Source: Calditrichia bacterium (GTDB lineage Bacteria > Calditrichota > Calditrichia > JAJRVZ01). From it: a DNA stretch of 64,000 bases. Made by a program: the position numbers and the translations under genes. How positions within the stretch are numbered: the first letter of the stretch is position 1; every line of letters begins with the position of its first letter. Shown in pieces: positions 44,122 to 55,619 of this stretch. The notes beneath the pieces were generated by a model. It was not told the DNA's origin, did no database searches, and saw only the letters and a list, made by a program, of their open reading frames with translations. Location of the stretch: assembly GCA_963796965.1 (NCBI GenBank), contig CAWCNS010000009.1:192001-256000 (forward strand). The letters are read 5' to 3'.

Positions 44122-44862
44122 ATGCGGAAATCTTTATATAAATTTTTACTTGTTTTATCCCTGTCAGCCATCTCCATATTTCTCTTTTCTTGTAGTGATC
44201 GTGGTGTTTCTCCACAAAGTGTGGACCCATCAAGCAATAACGATTTTGAACTTGAGTATGTTACGGATATTGACGGAAACATCTATCCTACCAAAAGAAT
44301 TGGCAATCAGTTGTGGATGGCCGAAAATTTGAGGGTGACACATTATCGCAACGGCGATCCCATATCAGCGGTTTCAGACCGTGAAGTGTGGGCTGGTCAT
44401 GTTACAGGCGCTTATTGTACCTACGATAACAGTCCCGGGAATGCGGATATCTACGGTTTACTCTATAACTGGCATGCGGTTAATGACAGACGTAAACTCG
44501 CCCCGACCGGCTGGCATATACCGACTGACCAGGAATGGCAGACACTGATTGACTATCTGGGCGGCAATTCCTATGCCGGGGGGGTAATGAAAGACAGCAG
44601 CGGTTGGGTTGAGAACGGAAACGGAAATAATATCAGTAAATTTACCGCACGGCCGGGTGGTGTCCGCACCAGCAACGGCGTATTTGATGGTGTTGGATAT
44701 AATGCTTCTTTCTGGTCCTCTACGGAGATCAGCACGGATGGTGCCTGGGGCCGCTGGTTGAGTTATCTGAGCCCGGGTATCGGCCTCGACGATGCCAACC
44801 AGCTGGACGGTTTTTCGGTGCGCTGTGTCAGGGATCGATTCATCCCAGAACCCAAAAAATGA
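44122..44862 (+). CDS. FISUMP (Fibrobacter succinogenes major paralogous domain) lipoprotein
   Basis: 'TDIDGNIY...IGNQLWMAENL', 'YGLLYNW.AV', 'P.GWHIPT..EW..L', 'FWSST', 'GFSVRCVRD'. Confidence 0.92.
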   Translation: MRKSLYKFLLVLSLSAISIFLFSCSDRGVSPQSVDPSSNNDFELEYVTDIDGNIYPTKRIGNQLWMAENLRVTHYRNGDPISAVSDREVWAGHVTGAYCTYDNSPGNADIYGLLYNWHAVNDRRKLAPTGWHIPTDQEWQTLIDYLGGNSYAGGVMKDSSGWVENGNGNNISKFTARPGGVRTSNGVFDGVGYNASFWSSTEISTDGAWGRWLSYLSPGIGLDDANQLDGFSVRCVRDRFIPEPKK

Positions 44863-44931
44863 ATTTGGATTTCGGAAAAAGTAAGCAGAACACCTAAAAT
44901 TAATTGCGGCTATGACTGGCACTTTTCCAAT

Positions 44932-47262
44932 TTATTGCGCAGCGTTAATTGAAAATGTGTGTTTACCTTGATTCACATTCTCAATCACACAATATTTCCC
45001 CCTACGTTCAGCATGCATGACTTTTCCATCCATCACCACCGTGTACGTATCCGAAATTACAGGAAGGGATACCCGGGCAACCGTATTTCCGGGAATCGAA
45101 ATATTCAGGTTGAAATATTTTCCTTCTTCCTGGTCGAATGCAACTAAAACATCACCACGAATTGTTGGAAGTTTAACCCTGGCAAAGGCCAAATTGCCCG
45201 GTTGTGGTTTAATCGAAATTTTTCCAAAACCTGCTTCCAGTGGTTCTATGCCCATGAGTTTCCTTGGTATTATATGGGCGGGTGACGCACTCCAGGCATG
45301 ACTCCATCCATAATAATGGGGCATGTATTTTACATCCCATGCTTCGGTCGTCATGGTTGAACCGACTTCTATCATATGCATCCAACTGCGATCGGTTTCG
45401 GAAGTTAAAAGCGCCAAAGCATGATCAGCCTCTCCGGCATTATATAATGCTTCCATCAAATAATTCGCCCCATAAACCCCCGTTGCCATTCCTTTTGATT
45501 TGATATATTCAACAACTTTTTCCCTGTTTTTTTCAGGGACTAAATCAAAAACCAGAGGGAACAAATTTGCGTGCATGGATGAATGATCTGTACCAATTCC
45601 ATCAATATATAACCCATCACTAGTGATGAAATAATCATTGAAAATCTTTTTGAATTTCTTAGCCCGCGCCTTAAAAAAACGGGCATCATCCATATTTCCA
45701 ATTGCTTTAGCCATATCAGCCATCAGGATCAAACAACGGTAATGAAAGGCATTTACGACCGAATTATAAATTTTAAACTCAAAATTGTCTGTTTCTCCAC
45801 CATCTCCCAAACCCTGAGGCGCTCTTTGTAATTTTCCATGGGGCCAATCAACAATATCATAAATACTTCTACCATTAAAATAAATTGAATTATAAAATTC
45901 CCTGCTTAGAAGACCTGTTAACGTACTTATCAATCCATTTTCGGTTGTCAATGCCATCAGCGTTTTAGCTTTTAAGACAGAATAATTCTTTTCGATCAGG
46001 TCTGTGTTGCCCGTATGCAGATAATCGGCATAAGCCATCAACACGCTATGCATGATCCATTCAGTAGGCCAGGTGGCATGATAGAAAAGATTCTCTGTGC
46101 TATATCGTTGTATTTTATATTCCCGATCTAAGGCATAATGAGACATTTGCTGGATATAACAATCCGCCTCATACATCATTCGTTCTCTTTGGCTATTGGC
46201 ATAATCGCCATTAAACGTATTAGCAAAGGTTGAATACTTGCACAAACTATATACAGCGTTTAGATTTTCATTTGAGGAAGTAAAGTAAGATGCCTCTGTA
46301 TTATGGTCGTATGTTAACCCTTTCTGTTCTATTCTGGTTACACTAAATTCTTCTCTCCCCATGTAAATTTCACAATACCGAAATGGAATGACTTCAGGCA
46401 TATTTAGGGGCAGGTTTTGGCTATGTGGATAATGGCCAACAAAACTTGGAATTTTTAAAATATAATGATGTGTACCTCTCTTTATGGTTAAAGAATATTG
46501 TCCGAAAATAATTCCTCCACCCGGTTTATTATCAATGCTATCACCGACTGCTTTTTCACCTAAATTTATTATAATCGTCATTGAATCTCTCTGAGTATCA
46601 TTCCAGGAAATATCTAAATCCAGATAAGCAAAAGAAGATTTACCAAAATCATAAAACGTAATCTGATCACGGATAACCCGGCGTTTGGGTGCCCTGCTGT
46701 GAAATCGAATGGGGTGTCTATCTTCAAACGTCCAATAGGGTGCACCTGCACTGTCAAATTGTGCAAATCTTTTACGTTCACCCGGCCAACTTCTATTCTT
46801 AATCCCATCGAAATCGGAGGTGTTAAACTTTTGAGTTATACTCCATGGCGTGGGAGTTCCCGTATCGTCATAAATTCTCACTTTCCACCAATAGGATGAA
46901 TTGGAGCGTAGTGGTTTCCCACCGTACGGTATGTTGATAGATTGGCTTGCGTTAACTTTTTTTGAATTCCAAAAATCACCCCTATTCTCTTCTATTAAAG
47001 CCTGAGAAGAGGCGACCAAAACCTGATATGATTTTTGCTCCCCGGTAGGAACAATCCACCCAAATTTTGGCAAGCGGTTGGAGATGTAAGTTTGTTCCGG
47101 ATTTGAAAGCAAATCGCACAACAATCCAAATGGGGCGGAAGAATGGGTCGTTTCATTCCCGACATCGCCATAAAGATTGCAATTATAAGAAGAAAAAAGG
47201 ATGAAAAATGTAGAAACAGTAATAAGCCATTTCTTGCTTAAAAGAAAATTCAGGTGTTTCAT
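44932..47262 (-). CDS. GH78 alpha-L-rhamnosidase-like protein
   Basis: 'YWWKVRIYD', 'YDFGK', 'QRER..YEAD', 'IVDWP', 'GSTMTTEAW', 'HAWSASP', 'GIEPLEAGF', 'PTIRG'. Confidence 0.85.
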   Translation of the reverse strand: MKHLNFLLSKKWLITVSTFFILFSSYNCNLYGDVGNETTHSSAPFGLLCDLLSNPEQTYISNRLPKFGWIVPTGEQKSYQVLVASSQALIEENRGDFWNSKKVNASQSINIPYGGKPLRSNSSYWWKVRIYDDTGTPTPWSITQKFNTSDFDGIKNRSWPGERKRFAQFDSAGAPYWTFEDRHPIRFHSRAPKRRVIRDQITFYDFGKSSFAYLDLDISWNDTQRDSMTIIINLGEKAVGDSIDNKPGGGIIFGQYSLTIKRGTHHYILKIPSFVGHYPHSQNLPLNMPEVIPFRYCEIYMGREEFSVTRIEQKGLTYDHNTEASYFTSSNENLNAVYSLCKYSTFANTFNGDYANSQRERMMYEADCYIQQMSHYALDREYKIQRYSTENLFYHATWPTEWIMHSVLMAYADYLHTGNTDLIEKNYSVLKAKTLMALTTENGLISTLTGLLSREFYNSIYFNGRSIYDIVDWPHGKLQRAPQGLGDGGETDNFEFKIYNSVVNAFHYRCLILMADMAKAIGNMDDARFFKARAKKFKKIFNDYFITSDGLYIDGIGTDHSSMHANLFPLVFDLVPEKNREKVVEYIKSKGMATGVYGANYLMEALYNAGEADHALALLTSETDRSWMHMIEVGSTMTTEAWDVKYMPHYYGWSHAWSASPAHIIPRKLMGIEPLEAGFGKISIKPQPGNLAFARVKLPTIRGDVLVAFDQEEGKYFNLNISIPGNTVARVSLPVISDTYTVVMDGKVMHAERRGKYCVIENVNQGKHTFSINAAQ

Positions 47263-47372
47263 TTATTAGTTTACCTTCCAATCGTAAGAATATATATATG
47301 CTCTCTTAGTTAAACACTTATCAATCCAGATTACCCTTATTTTTAAGCAAAAAAGCCCTGGTAAGAAAACAG

Positions 47373-48773
47373 TTAAGGGCGCAACATAAAATCAGGCACC
47401 GGAACAATACCATTCAGGTACGCTTCCAGATTGGTGTAGCCATCTCCATCCGCGTCGTCATTACGGTCATCCGGGTTTTCGGGATTCAACCCCTGTGATG
47501 ATTCCCAGGCATCGGGCATACCATCCCGATCCGTATCAACCGGAGCAGTGGCACTCTTTAGCCGCGGCCAACCACCAACTTCTTTCTGGGAATCGATGAG
47601 CCGGTTGGAACGGTCACGAATTCCTTTAACAACACGTTTATCCACGGCATCCCTTACCCTGGAGGCGCCGGCGTGCTGCAAGACAATCTGGTAGGCTTGC
47701 TCTGCACTCTGCATAATGGGCTGATCCGTTCCAGGCACTAACTCACCGGAAAGTTGGAAAATTTCCTGGGTGATACTTTCATATTGTTTAACAGAATTCT
47801 TGTAGTTGACTGCCGCAAAATTGTCCCGGGTGAATGCCTCATTATTTTCAATAAAATTTCCAGAGAGAAAACCCCGTGCATGGGTTTTGCCATGTTCCGC
47901 TTTGATCTGGAAGGGTTGTTCGAATTCACGGGTAAAACTGGTGCCGGGTCGGTAATAATTATTGATGACATTCATCCGGCAATTCCCGAAATTGGTCGGA
48001 CCCCGCCGGTTAAATACCACATTATTACGAAAATCGACGATACACGCAGCTTTGGTACGCTCGCCACCGCCGAGGGTTGGGTGCCGGTCCCGGCTGCTGA
48101 AAAAGAGATTGTGATGCAGAGAAATATTGTCGGTTAAATGCCGGAATGAGGCCAGCATGGCGTGGGGATGATCATCATGATGCAGGCTGCGATTCAGGCT
48201 CTCTCCGTACATGGACCACTGCAAGGTAAAATTTCCACCGGCAAAATCATGCGCCCCGTCAATCCCCCAGGTGACAGAGATGTGATCGAGAATTACATGA
48301 TCGATCACCTCCGTCCTCACGGCATCCGGATTTGCCAAATCATCGTAACTTTTGTTCTGATCGCCGTATCGGATACGGAGATATCTGACAATAATATCAT
48401 GCGTGTCTTTAATCTCAAATGTGCGGTCCTTCAACGTAATTCCGTCCCCCGGGGCGGTCTGTCCGGCGATGGTGATATATGGCTTGTCAATCACCAGATC
48501 CGATTTTAATTCAATCGTCCCGGAAATATCAAATACAATTGTCCGCGGGCCGTTTATAGTCAGAATACCTTCACGCAAGGAGCCTGGGCCGGCATCTCTG
48601 AGATTGGTTACGTGGTACACATCACCGCCGCGGCCGCCTTTGGAAAAGCGTCCGTATCCTTCTGCTGTGGGAAAGGCGCGTTGCTGCGCATGTAGGGTGG
48701 AAATACCTAAAAGCAATAGGATGAGTATTTTTTGCATCTGCCGGGACCTCGTTTTAAATACTAATTTGGTCAC
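47373..48773 (-). CDS. Pectate lyase (PL1-like)
   Basis: 'AFPTAEGYG...GGRGG.VYHVTNL.D.GPGSLR', 'TIAGQTAPGDGI', 'DHIS..W..D', 'DTDRDGMPDAWE'. Confidence 0.9.
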   Translation of the reverse strand: MTKLVFKTRSRQMQKILILLLLGISTLHAQQRAFPTAEGYGRFSKGGRGGDVYHVTNLRDAGPGSLREGILTINGPRTIVFDISGTIELKSDLVIDKPYITIAGQTAPGDGITLKDRTFEIKDTHDIIVRYLRIRYGDQNKSYDDLANPDAVRTEVIDHVILDHISVTWGIDGAHDFAGGNFTLQWSMYGESLNRSLHHDDHPHAMLASFRHLTDNISLHHNLFFSSRDRHPTLGGGERTKAACIVDFRNNVVFNRRGPTNFGNCRMNVINNYYRPGTSFTREFEQPFQIKAEHGKTHARGFLSGNFIENNEAFTRDNFAAVNYKNSVKQYESITQEIFQLSGELVPGTDQPIMQSAEQAYQIVLQHAGASRVRDAVDKRVVKGIRDRSNRLIDSQKEVGGWPRLKSATAPVDTDRDGMPDAWESSQGLNPENPDDRNDDADGDGYTNLEAYLNGIVPVPDFMLRP

Positions 48774-48840
48774 TAAAAGTCATTGGGAGTAATAAATTAA
48801 TGTAGGTGTTGTACGAATAATAATAAACAATTTATTTCTA

Positions 48841-50665
48841 TTACTCATTCCTTTTAACAGCTATTATCGTCATATCATCCCAGTCGTGTTGTGGCTGGCT
48901 GAACTTTCTGGCTGCGTCGACAAGGTGATTGACATGTTCAGCAATGGAATTCTCTGCATGTTGCAGAATTGTCTGGCTCAGCTGATCCGTCTCAAATTGT
49001 TCTTCGGTCTCGTTTTCTATTTCGCTCAGACCATCCGTATAAAGAAACAAGCAATCACCTTGCTGTAAAATGAGATCTACCGGGTCACCCGGTGTGTATT
49101 TTTCCTGGTTGACTACGCCGAGTACCAAACCATTGGCCGCAATTCGTACAATGCTGCTATCGCTTCTCTTTAGTACTGAGGGGTAAGGAATCCCACCATT
49201 TACAATCGTACAGCGAGCTGTCTCTGTGTCAATATTAACCACCAATGCCGCAACAAAAGTTTTGTCCGGAAGAATTTTATGTAATACCTCATTCATGCCA
49301 GCGAGGATACCAGCCGGGCTGACTTCACGATCCTGGAAGTTCCTAAAAGCAAGTTTTAACAGCATGGTGCTTAAGGCAGCTTGAATACCGTGACCGGTAA
49401 CATCGGCAAGTAGAATAGCCAGACGTTTATTGGCCAGAGGCATAACATCGTAGAAATCCCCGCCGATCTCCATAGCGGGCAGATATTGAGCCGCGAAAGA
49501 AAATCCATTCACCTCAGGTAGTTGTTGAGGTAAGATGTTCTCCTGCAATTTCCGGGCAAGGAAAAGCTCTTCGTGCAGTATTTCTGACTCTTTTTTAGAC
49601 CTCTCTAACTCATGGAGCACTTTCTGATGTTTGAGCTTTTTGTCAATGTCATCATAGGAAATTTCCTTTTCGATAGCATGAAATTTCTTGTGAAACTCTA
49701 ATGCTTTTTCATATTGTCCAAGGTCTTGGTTAATTTCGAAGAGGGTCTTATATGCTCTGGAAATTTTAGGTTTTGCTTTGATCCGTATTGCCAATTCCAA
49801 TGCCTTATTGATGACTTCTGATGCTTTTTCAATTTCCTTTTGCTCAACAAACAAATTGCCTAAGTCCAACAATGTAGTCGTCTCGCCGATGTAAAATCCC
49901 AATTTCTGACGGATGGTCAGGCTTTCCTTATAATGCTCAAAAGCTTCGTCATACCTTCCCAGCCTTTGCAGAATTAAACCAAAATCATTTAAGGTTTTAG
50001 CTCTTGTCAAATGGTTTTTGTTTAACTCTAGAACTTTCAGACTCTTGTTTTGATAACTCACAGCCTTCGTATCGTCTCCTAACATCCCATAGTTATTACC
50101 TATTCCGTTTAGAGCCCGCGCCTGTCCGCCACTGTCTTGTTCTTTCTTGAATAGCGCATAGGCCATTTCAAAATACTTCAGCGATTGTTGATGGTTTTTT
50201 GAATCATAATGAAATCCTGCTAAATTATTAAGATTCCAGGCCTGACGATCTGTATCTTGAGTCTCCAGATTTAATGCGAGTGCGTCGGAGACAAGTTGAA
50301 ATCCCCTCTCAAAATCACCAAAGCCCCAATATATAAGTCCCAGGAAGTTCTTTGCGTCTGCCTGTCCCGTCTTATCTCCATTTTTCTCAAACCAACCCAA
50401 TACTTCCAAAAAATAAACGCTTGCCTTTTCAATTTCGGATTGAAAAAAGTAGAATATCCCCCTGTTCAGACGGTTGTAAATTAGGCCTTTTTTATAGTGA
50501 AGTTGCTGTGCCAATGTAGTGGCTTTCTTAGCATACGCGTTCGCTTTCTTCAAATCTTCACGAAAATATAACCTGGCAAGTTGATGCAGTAAGTCCACCT
50601 TGTCAGTGGAGTCGGTTTTGGCTTTTCGGAGTTTTGTTTCTAAGTTCGACTATTTTCTTACTCAT
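48841..50665 (-). CDS. TPR-repeat protein with PP2C/SpoIIE phosphatase domain (start ATG 50665 with early frameshift)
   Basis: TPR helices; 'ELFLARKLQ..ILP', 'IGGDFYD', 'ADVTGHG', 'LYTDGLSE', 'DDMT'. Confidence 0.9.
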
Positions 50666-51008
50666 CGTAGAACCTGGGTTTTAATGATGATAAATATATG
50701 ATATGTCATTTCATAATCGAATATTTTTAATGGTATTACGACGGGACTTTGTAGTTACAAAAAATATAAAATTATCCAGTAAATGCAAAGTTAAATGGAA
50801 TGAATATTTAAGAAATACAAAGATCAGGTACACAAGTAGTAAAATACTAATTCCCAATTCAAATTTGTTTACCAATCCAATCGAAGTGATTAATGTTAAA
50901 TCAGAGAAGACTCAGAAACATGGCTAAAAGGCCTTTCAGCGCGGATCCGGCTTTTATTTTGCCCTGGCGCTATGACCCGGAGAAGGGATATACGCTGCAA
51001 GAAGAAGC

Positions 51009-51131
51009 CAATCGGCAGGAAATTATAAAGTAGAATGGGATGCCAGTGAATTCGCAAGTGGCCTGTATTTTTACCGACTTGAAACGAGCAAAGAATTTGT
51101 ACAATCAAAGAAATTAATTTTATTGAAATAG
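51009..51131 (+). pseudogene. Orphan T9SS-like CTD tail
   Basis: QSAGNYKVEWDASEFASGLYFYRLETSKEFVQSKKLILLK*, with no matching upstream gene. Confidence 0.8.
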
Positions 51132-51149
51132 CATACTCATTTTCAAATT

Positions 51150-51250
51150 AACAAAATCTAAAACCAGTCTTTTAAAAAGGCTGGTTTTTTTTATTTGTAA
51201 TATTTGATAGTGGGATTTATTTAGAGTTTAGTGCTTAGGATTTAGAGTTA
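51150..51250 (+). repeat. Partial copy of the tRNA-downstream terminator/flank
   Basis: TCTAAAACCAGTCTT..AGGCTGGTTTTTTTTATTT...GATTTATTT..GTGCTTAGGATTTAGAGTT, similar to 22193-22285. Confidence 0.8.
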
Positions 51251-51273
51251 TATTTATTTTTATATAACGCTTT

Positions 51274-51855
51274 TTATTTTGATTCAAAGGAGATGAGTTG
51301 AGCAACCTCTTTTATAAATTTTGTAATGGCTTCATTTTTAGCCCCACTTGCTGACCAACTACTTTTGCCCGTTGTTTTAATTTCTTTTTTTGACAAGACA
51401 GAATCTGTAGAATTTTCAGTCCAGGCACAGGCATTAAGGAAACAAAATGATTCAAAGGTGGTCTGCTTTACGCCTGATTTATCAAAACATATATAGAGAC
51501 GCGTTCCATTGACTGATTCATCTTCATTTTGAATATCATGAATTGCTTTAAAACTCTCACTCTCCCTTAAACTCTGGATAAGCGAACGCCTCAGATAAAC
51601 AAAATCTTCCTTTTCGAAGGCGGTGTATAATCCATTCTCGGGGTCAATCAAATTAACAAGTGCTCCCCGCCATTTAAATCCTCTTGAAACTAATCGTTTT
51701 TTGGCTTCAGGGAATGGCCGAACCTCAATAACCGCATCTCCCTGAGGAAAAAGATTCAAATTCACAATATTTAATGAATGTGATGAACAATTAAAGGTTA
51801 TCACCGCTGGCATAATAAAAAATACAAAACGAATAGTGATCCTCATGGCGATCAT
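51274..51855 (-). CDS. Hypothetical lipoprotein
   Basis: Signal with 'TFNC' lipobox-like site; 193-aa ORF. Confidence 0.65.
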   Translation of the reverse strand: MIAMRITIRFVFFIMPAVITFNCSSHSLNIVNLNLFPQGDAVIEVRPFPEAKKRLVSRGFKWRGALVNLIDPENGLYTAFEKEDFVYLRRSLIQSLRESESFKAIHDIQNEDESVNGTRLYICFDKSGVKQTTFESFCFLNACAWTENSTDSVLSKKEIKTTGKSSWSASGAKNEAITKFIKEVAQLISFESK

Positions 51856-52066
51856 CCCTTTCGTACATTTTTTATTATGAAAAGGTTAGAAAATTATAAT
51901 GATTATTCAACCATACATGAACCATCTATTTTAGAGAAGTAACTAGTATACAGAATATTTAATCACAACCAACCTTTGGGCTAAGGCTCTCAGTAAATTT
52001 ATAGTACTATATTCGAAATCTTAATTAAGATCGAACTTTCAAAATTAATTCAGCCAATTGAAAGCA

Positions 52067-52837
52067 TTATTTTTTGAAATTGATACCTATACCAAGCCCG
52101 ATAAAAAGATGGTTATAACTTAATTCTGTCGGAGGGAATATTTGTGCATTTGTGGTCACTTTTGTTGAAAGAATGTCATCACTGTTTTCTTTATAATACG
52201 GTCCGAGTGTCGTACCCCCGATGTAGCGATATTGAAAGATTCCAGAAACAGAAAAATAATTACTTACAGGGTATCTTATATTTAGATGAGCCAGCAAACC
52301 TAACTTATTCGTATTGGAAGGCGTATCCGTCATGTTAAATGTAGGCCCAATGCCAAAAACGATATAGTCATTAAGATGAATGGATAGGAGAATAGAAATC
52401 GTTGTCACCCGAATGCTGCTGCTCATGATACCATCGAAACCCGCAAATGCCTCATTATGACCGGTTGCTTTTCCTAAAAGTGAGTTGCTGTATAAAAGAC
52501 CAATTCCTAGGACTTTTGTCATTCTATAGTTTACTTGAAACATCCAGGATGTAGGACGAATTTCGGAGAGGAAGGCATACTTATTGTTTCCTGAAAAACT
52601 CCTATAGGGATCAGTAAATCCAATGAACCTCATTTGCTTATTATATTGATCTCCAAGCCCACCGACGGTCATCGCAGCATATAATGAGAATGACCATTTT
52701 GATTGCTTATCATATCTCTTTTCTTCTAAGCCTCGCGGATATAAATCACCCGCAAAGGAGATATTTATCATAATCAGAAGTAGGATGAAAATTGAAATAA
52801 TGCTTACTCCGGGACTCTTCATTAAATTTTTCATCAT
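52067..52837 (-). CDS. Outer-membrane beta-barrel-like protein
   Basis: Signal peptide, amphipathic strands, terminal 'FIGLGIGINF'. Confidence 0.65.
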   Translation of the reverse strand: MMKNLMKSPGVSIISIFILLLIMINISFAGDLYPRGLEEKRYDKQSKWSFSLYAAMTVGGLGDQYNKQMRFIGFTDPYRSFSGNNKYAFLSEIRPTSWMFQVNYRMTKVLGIGLLYSNSLLGKATGHNEAFAGFDGIMSSSIRVTTISILLSIHLNDYIVFGIGPTFNMTDTPSNTNKLGLLAHLNIRYPVSNYFSVSGIFQYRYIGGTTLGPYYKENSDDILSTKVTTNAQIFPPTELSYNHLFIGLGIGINFKK

Positions 52838-53468
52838 TACCTCTTTATATCAAGGATTATGGGTGTCAGGGTTAAAAAACAATCAATGATTTAAGTAAAA
52901 AACTCAAATCCAAATCCCTTCTCGTCATCCTGAGTCCCGCCCTTGCGAGAAACGAAAGAGAAGGGGCTCCTTAAAGTCCCTCTCTTTTCAAGAGAGGGAT
53001 TTAGGGTGAGTTCTTTAAATCAAATCCCACCCTTGGGGTACTAATAAAATCATTTGATATTCCGGTGTTTATTACTACAAAGACTAAATCTTAATCCGAC
53101 ATGTATGATCAAGGATACATTTTAAATTTCCGGATAATAAACTAACCTAGAATAATATTTAAAATTTTTAATAAAAAACGTATGCCAGTCAAAAAAAGAA
53201 AAGATCATCTGGGTTTCATTTAGAGGAAGATTTCGAAAAGATAACTAATCTGGTAGATCAGAGTTCATACTAACGAACTAATATACAAAGTCAGCAGAAG
53301 AATGCAATCAAAATCTGGATCGTTAAGTCCCCAACACACTCCAGACTGGTTTATTTATAAAATTTATAAAGGTGTTCAATTATTGTAAAAGAGACGAAAT
53401 CTCCCATAGCCACAACCCCGGAGGGGTTGCATATAATAAATGTATAGTGCGTCATCCTTTCAGTTCGT

Positions 53469-55166
53469 CTATTTAAATCCCATCTGTGGTGCATTATAAT
53501 AGCCCATCGAGGCGTCTGCTACGGCCATGCGATACAAATGGTTTTGCATCAAACATACTTTTTTCGTATCTGACAAAATGTTCGTAGAATAGATTCGAAG
53601 TTCCCCCGGCAAACTCGTAACTATTTCCTCTCGCCAGTCACCAATAATGTCAGCCACGATTAAGATTTTCCCTTCTATAGCCAACAGCTTGTCACCATTA
53701 TATTCTATGATGTTATTTTTGTAGCAAATCTCTTTTTGTTCGTCTGCATCCCACCAGACAGCACGTGGGGCTAAGCCCCATAGATTTTTATCCGAAAGTC
53801 GTTCACCTTGTGCCGTATATAAAAAGAATTTATCTCCGCCTTTCGCTTCCCCGGCATAGCATTCAATTCCAGGATAGGCGTCCGTTAAATCAGCGATCAT
53901 ACCCTGGCTATGAACGTGATGCGTAGACCCTTCGTAACCCCAGATAATTTCTCCTGTCTTGGCATCAACCAGGCAAACACCATTTTTGGGCGAGCGCGAT
54001 TCAACACCATAAAATATTTCATAGCCGGGTCTTTGCGGATCAATATCAGCAATATAACCGGCATCATTATGTCTCAATCCGGTTCGCCAGAGGGGAATGC
54101 CGTTGTCATCAAGGGCCGCTGTTCCAATTACCAATTCATCTTTTCCGTCCAGATCGATATCCCCTGTCATAATGCCATGCATACCCTGACCCTTATAGTC
54201 TTCATATTTACCAAGGCTTTCCCAGGCCCAAATGCGATTGAGGTCCCTGTCCAGGGCAACCGTTTTAATAACTGTATAAGTTCCTCGCTGCATTATCAGC
54301 GAAGGATTTATGGCATCGAGGTAGGCAACGGTTAGAAAGTTACGGCTCCAATAGTTGTATGATTCAAAGCCATCTTTTGAAAGCCAGGGTTCTTTTTTCA
54401 ACAGGTTACCACTTTCCCCGTCCAGTTTAATCAGGTATTCAGGTCCCTGTAAAACATGTCCATCCATTTCGCGTGGGTCGCCTTCACCGGCCTTGGTATA
54501 AACTTCGGCCTTCCCATTCTGGTCAATATCAAAAACCATGTAAGGTGAATACCAGGTGCCTGTTTCAATCGCCCAACCCATATCGTAGCGCCATAAAAAT
54601 TTGCCTTTAGACGTATAAGCATCCAGTTTATATGATTCCGGGCTGCGTTTCCAATAACCGGGGCGGTAATAGGGATCCACATTAAAATTGGGATGCTGCA
54701 AAACAAAGTCAAAGGCGCCATCACCATCGAGATCACCTATTCCGACACGTTTAAGTTCAACTTCGTCTTTCAATTTTATCGAAAGCCAGGGTTGATTCCC
54801 GGCAAGGGTAAAAACATAGGCCTCACCCAAACTTTCCTTCTCAACACCATTGCTTATTGCTTTGATTTTGTAATTGTATCCATGACCGGGCGCTGCTTTG
54901 GTATCCAAAAAGTTGGTTGTAGTTGTAACCGGGCGTTGCGAAATTTTTTCAAAATCAGCAAAACCGATATCTTTTCTGTACACATTAAATGCGACATCTT
55001 CAGGATCTTCTTTTAATAGTCGCCAACTAACAAAAACCGTATTTTCTTTCACACTTAAAGCGACGATACCACGGTCGATGATTTCATTAATCTGCCCAGA
55101 GGCCATTAATGGGGATAAAACCAAAGTGGCCAAAACAAGTCGCTTCATAAAATTAAAGTTTGTCAT
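53469..55166 (-). CDS. Rhamnogalacturonan lyase (PL11-like)
   Basis: 'IDRGIVAL', 'VFVSWRLL', 'GDLDGDG..D', 'RGTYT', 'GQG.H....GDID.DGKDE', 'DIIGDWREE', 'LMQ...YR......YYN'. Confidence 0.9.
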   Translation of the reverse strand: MTNFNFMKRLVLATLVLSPLMASGQINEIIDRGIVALSVKENTVFVSWRLLKEDPEDVAFNVYRKDIGFADFEKISQRPVTTTTNFLDTKAAPGHGYNYKIKAISNGVEKESLGEAYVFTLAGNQPWLSIKLKDEVELKRVGIGDLDGDGAFDFVLQHPNFNVDPYYRPGYWKRSPESYKLDAYTSKGKFLWRYDMGWAIETGTWYSPYMVFDIDQNGKAEVYTKAGEGDPREMDGHVLQGPEYLIKLDGESGNLLKKEPWLSKDGFESYNYWSRNFLTVAYLDAINPSLIMQRGTYTVIKTVALDRDLNRIWAWESLGKYEDYKGQGMHGIMTGDIDLDGKDELVIGTAALDDNGIPLWRTGLRHNDAGYIADIDPQRPGYEIFYGVESRSPKNGVCLVDAKTGEIIWGYEGSTHHVHSQGMIADLTDAYPGIECYAGEAKGGDKFFLYTAQGERLSDKNLWGLAPRAVWWDADEQKEICYKNNIIEYNGDKLLAIEGKILIVADIIGDWREEIVTSLPGELRIYSTNILSDTKKVCLMQNHLYRMAVADASMGYYNAPQMGFK

Positions 55167-55619
55167 ACGCCTCCCTTTGATTTTCAATCTGATTGGTTAT
55201 GCTTTAATACTTTTCATTTCTTATTTAAATATAAATTTATTTTTGTTAAAATGCTCATATAGAAGTTAACAGCACCTTTTCTTATCTAAAATCAATCGGT
55301 ATATTTTTAAACCACAGAGTTACCCCCGTATTACGGGGGTCATTCTGTGGTTAAAGAACATTAGTTAAAGACCCCGTAAAACGGGGCAGACCCGAAGGGC
55401 CTACCAGGTTCTCTGCCTGCCCCGTTAAGATCCGGCGACGCCGGAGCTGGTGCGGGGTGGTTATTTTTTACACGATCCCAATCAGGGTAGTGTCATCCCG
55501 ATAGAATCGGGATATGAAAAAATGAAAAATAGGATCGTAAGATGAAACTATCCCGTACAAGCCTGGCTTTACCAAGCCTACGGGACAGGCAGAATCCTCA
55601 GAGAAATACTCTGAGAACT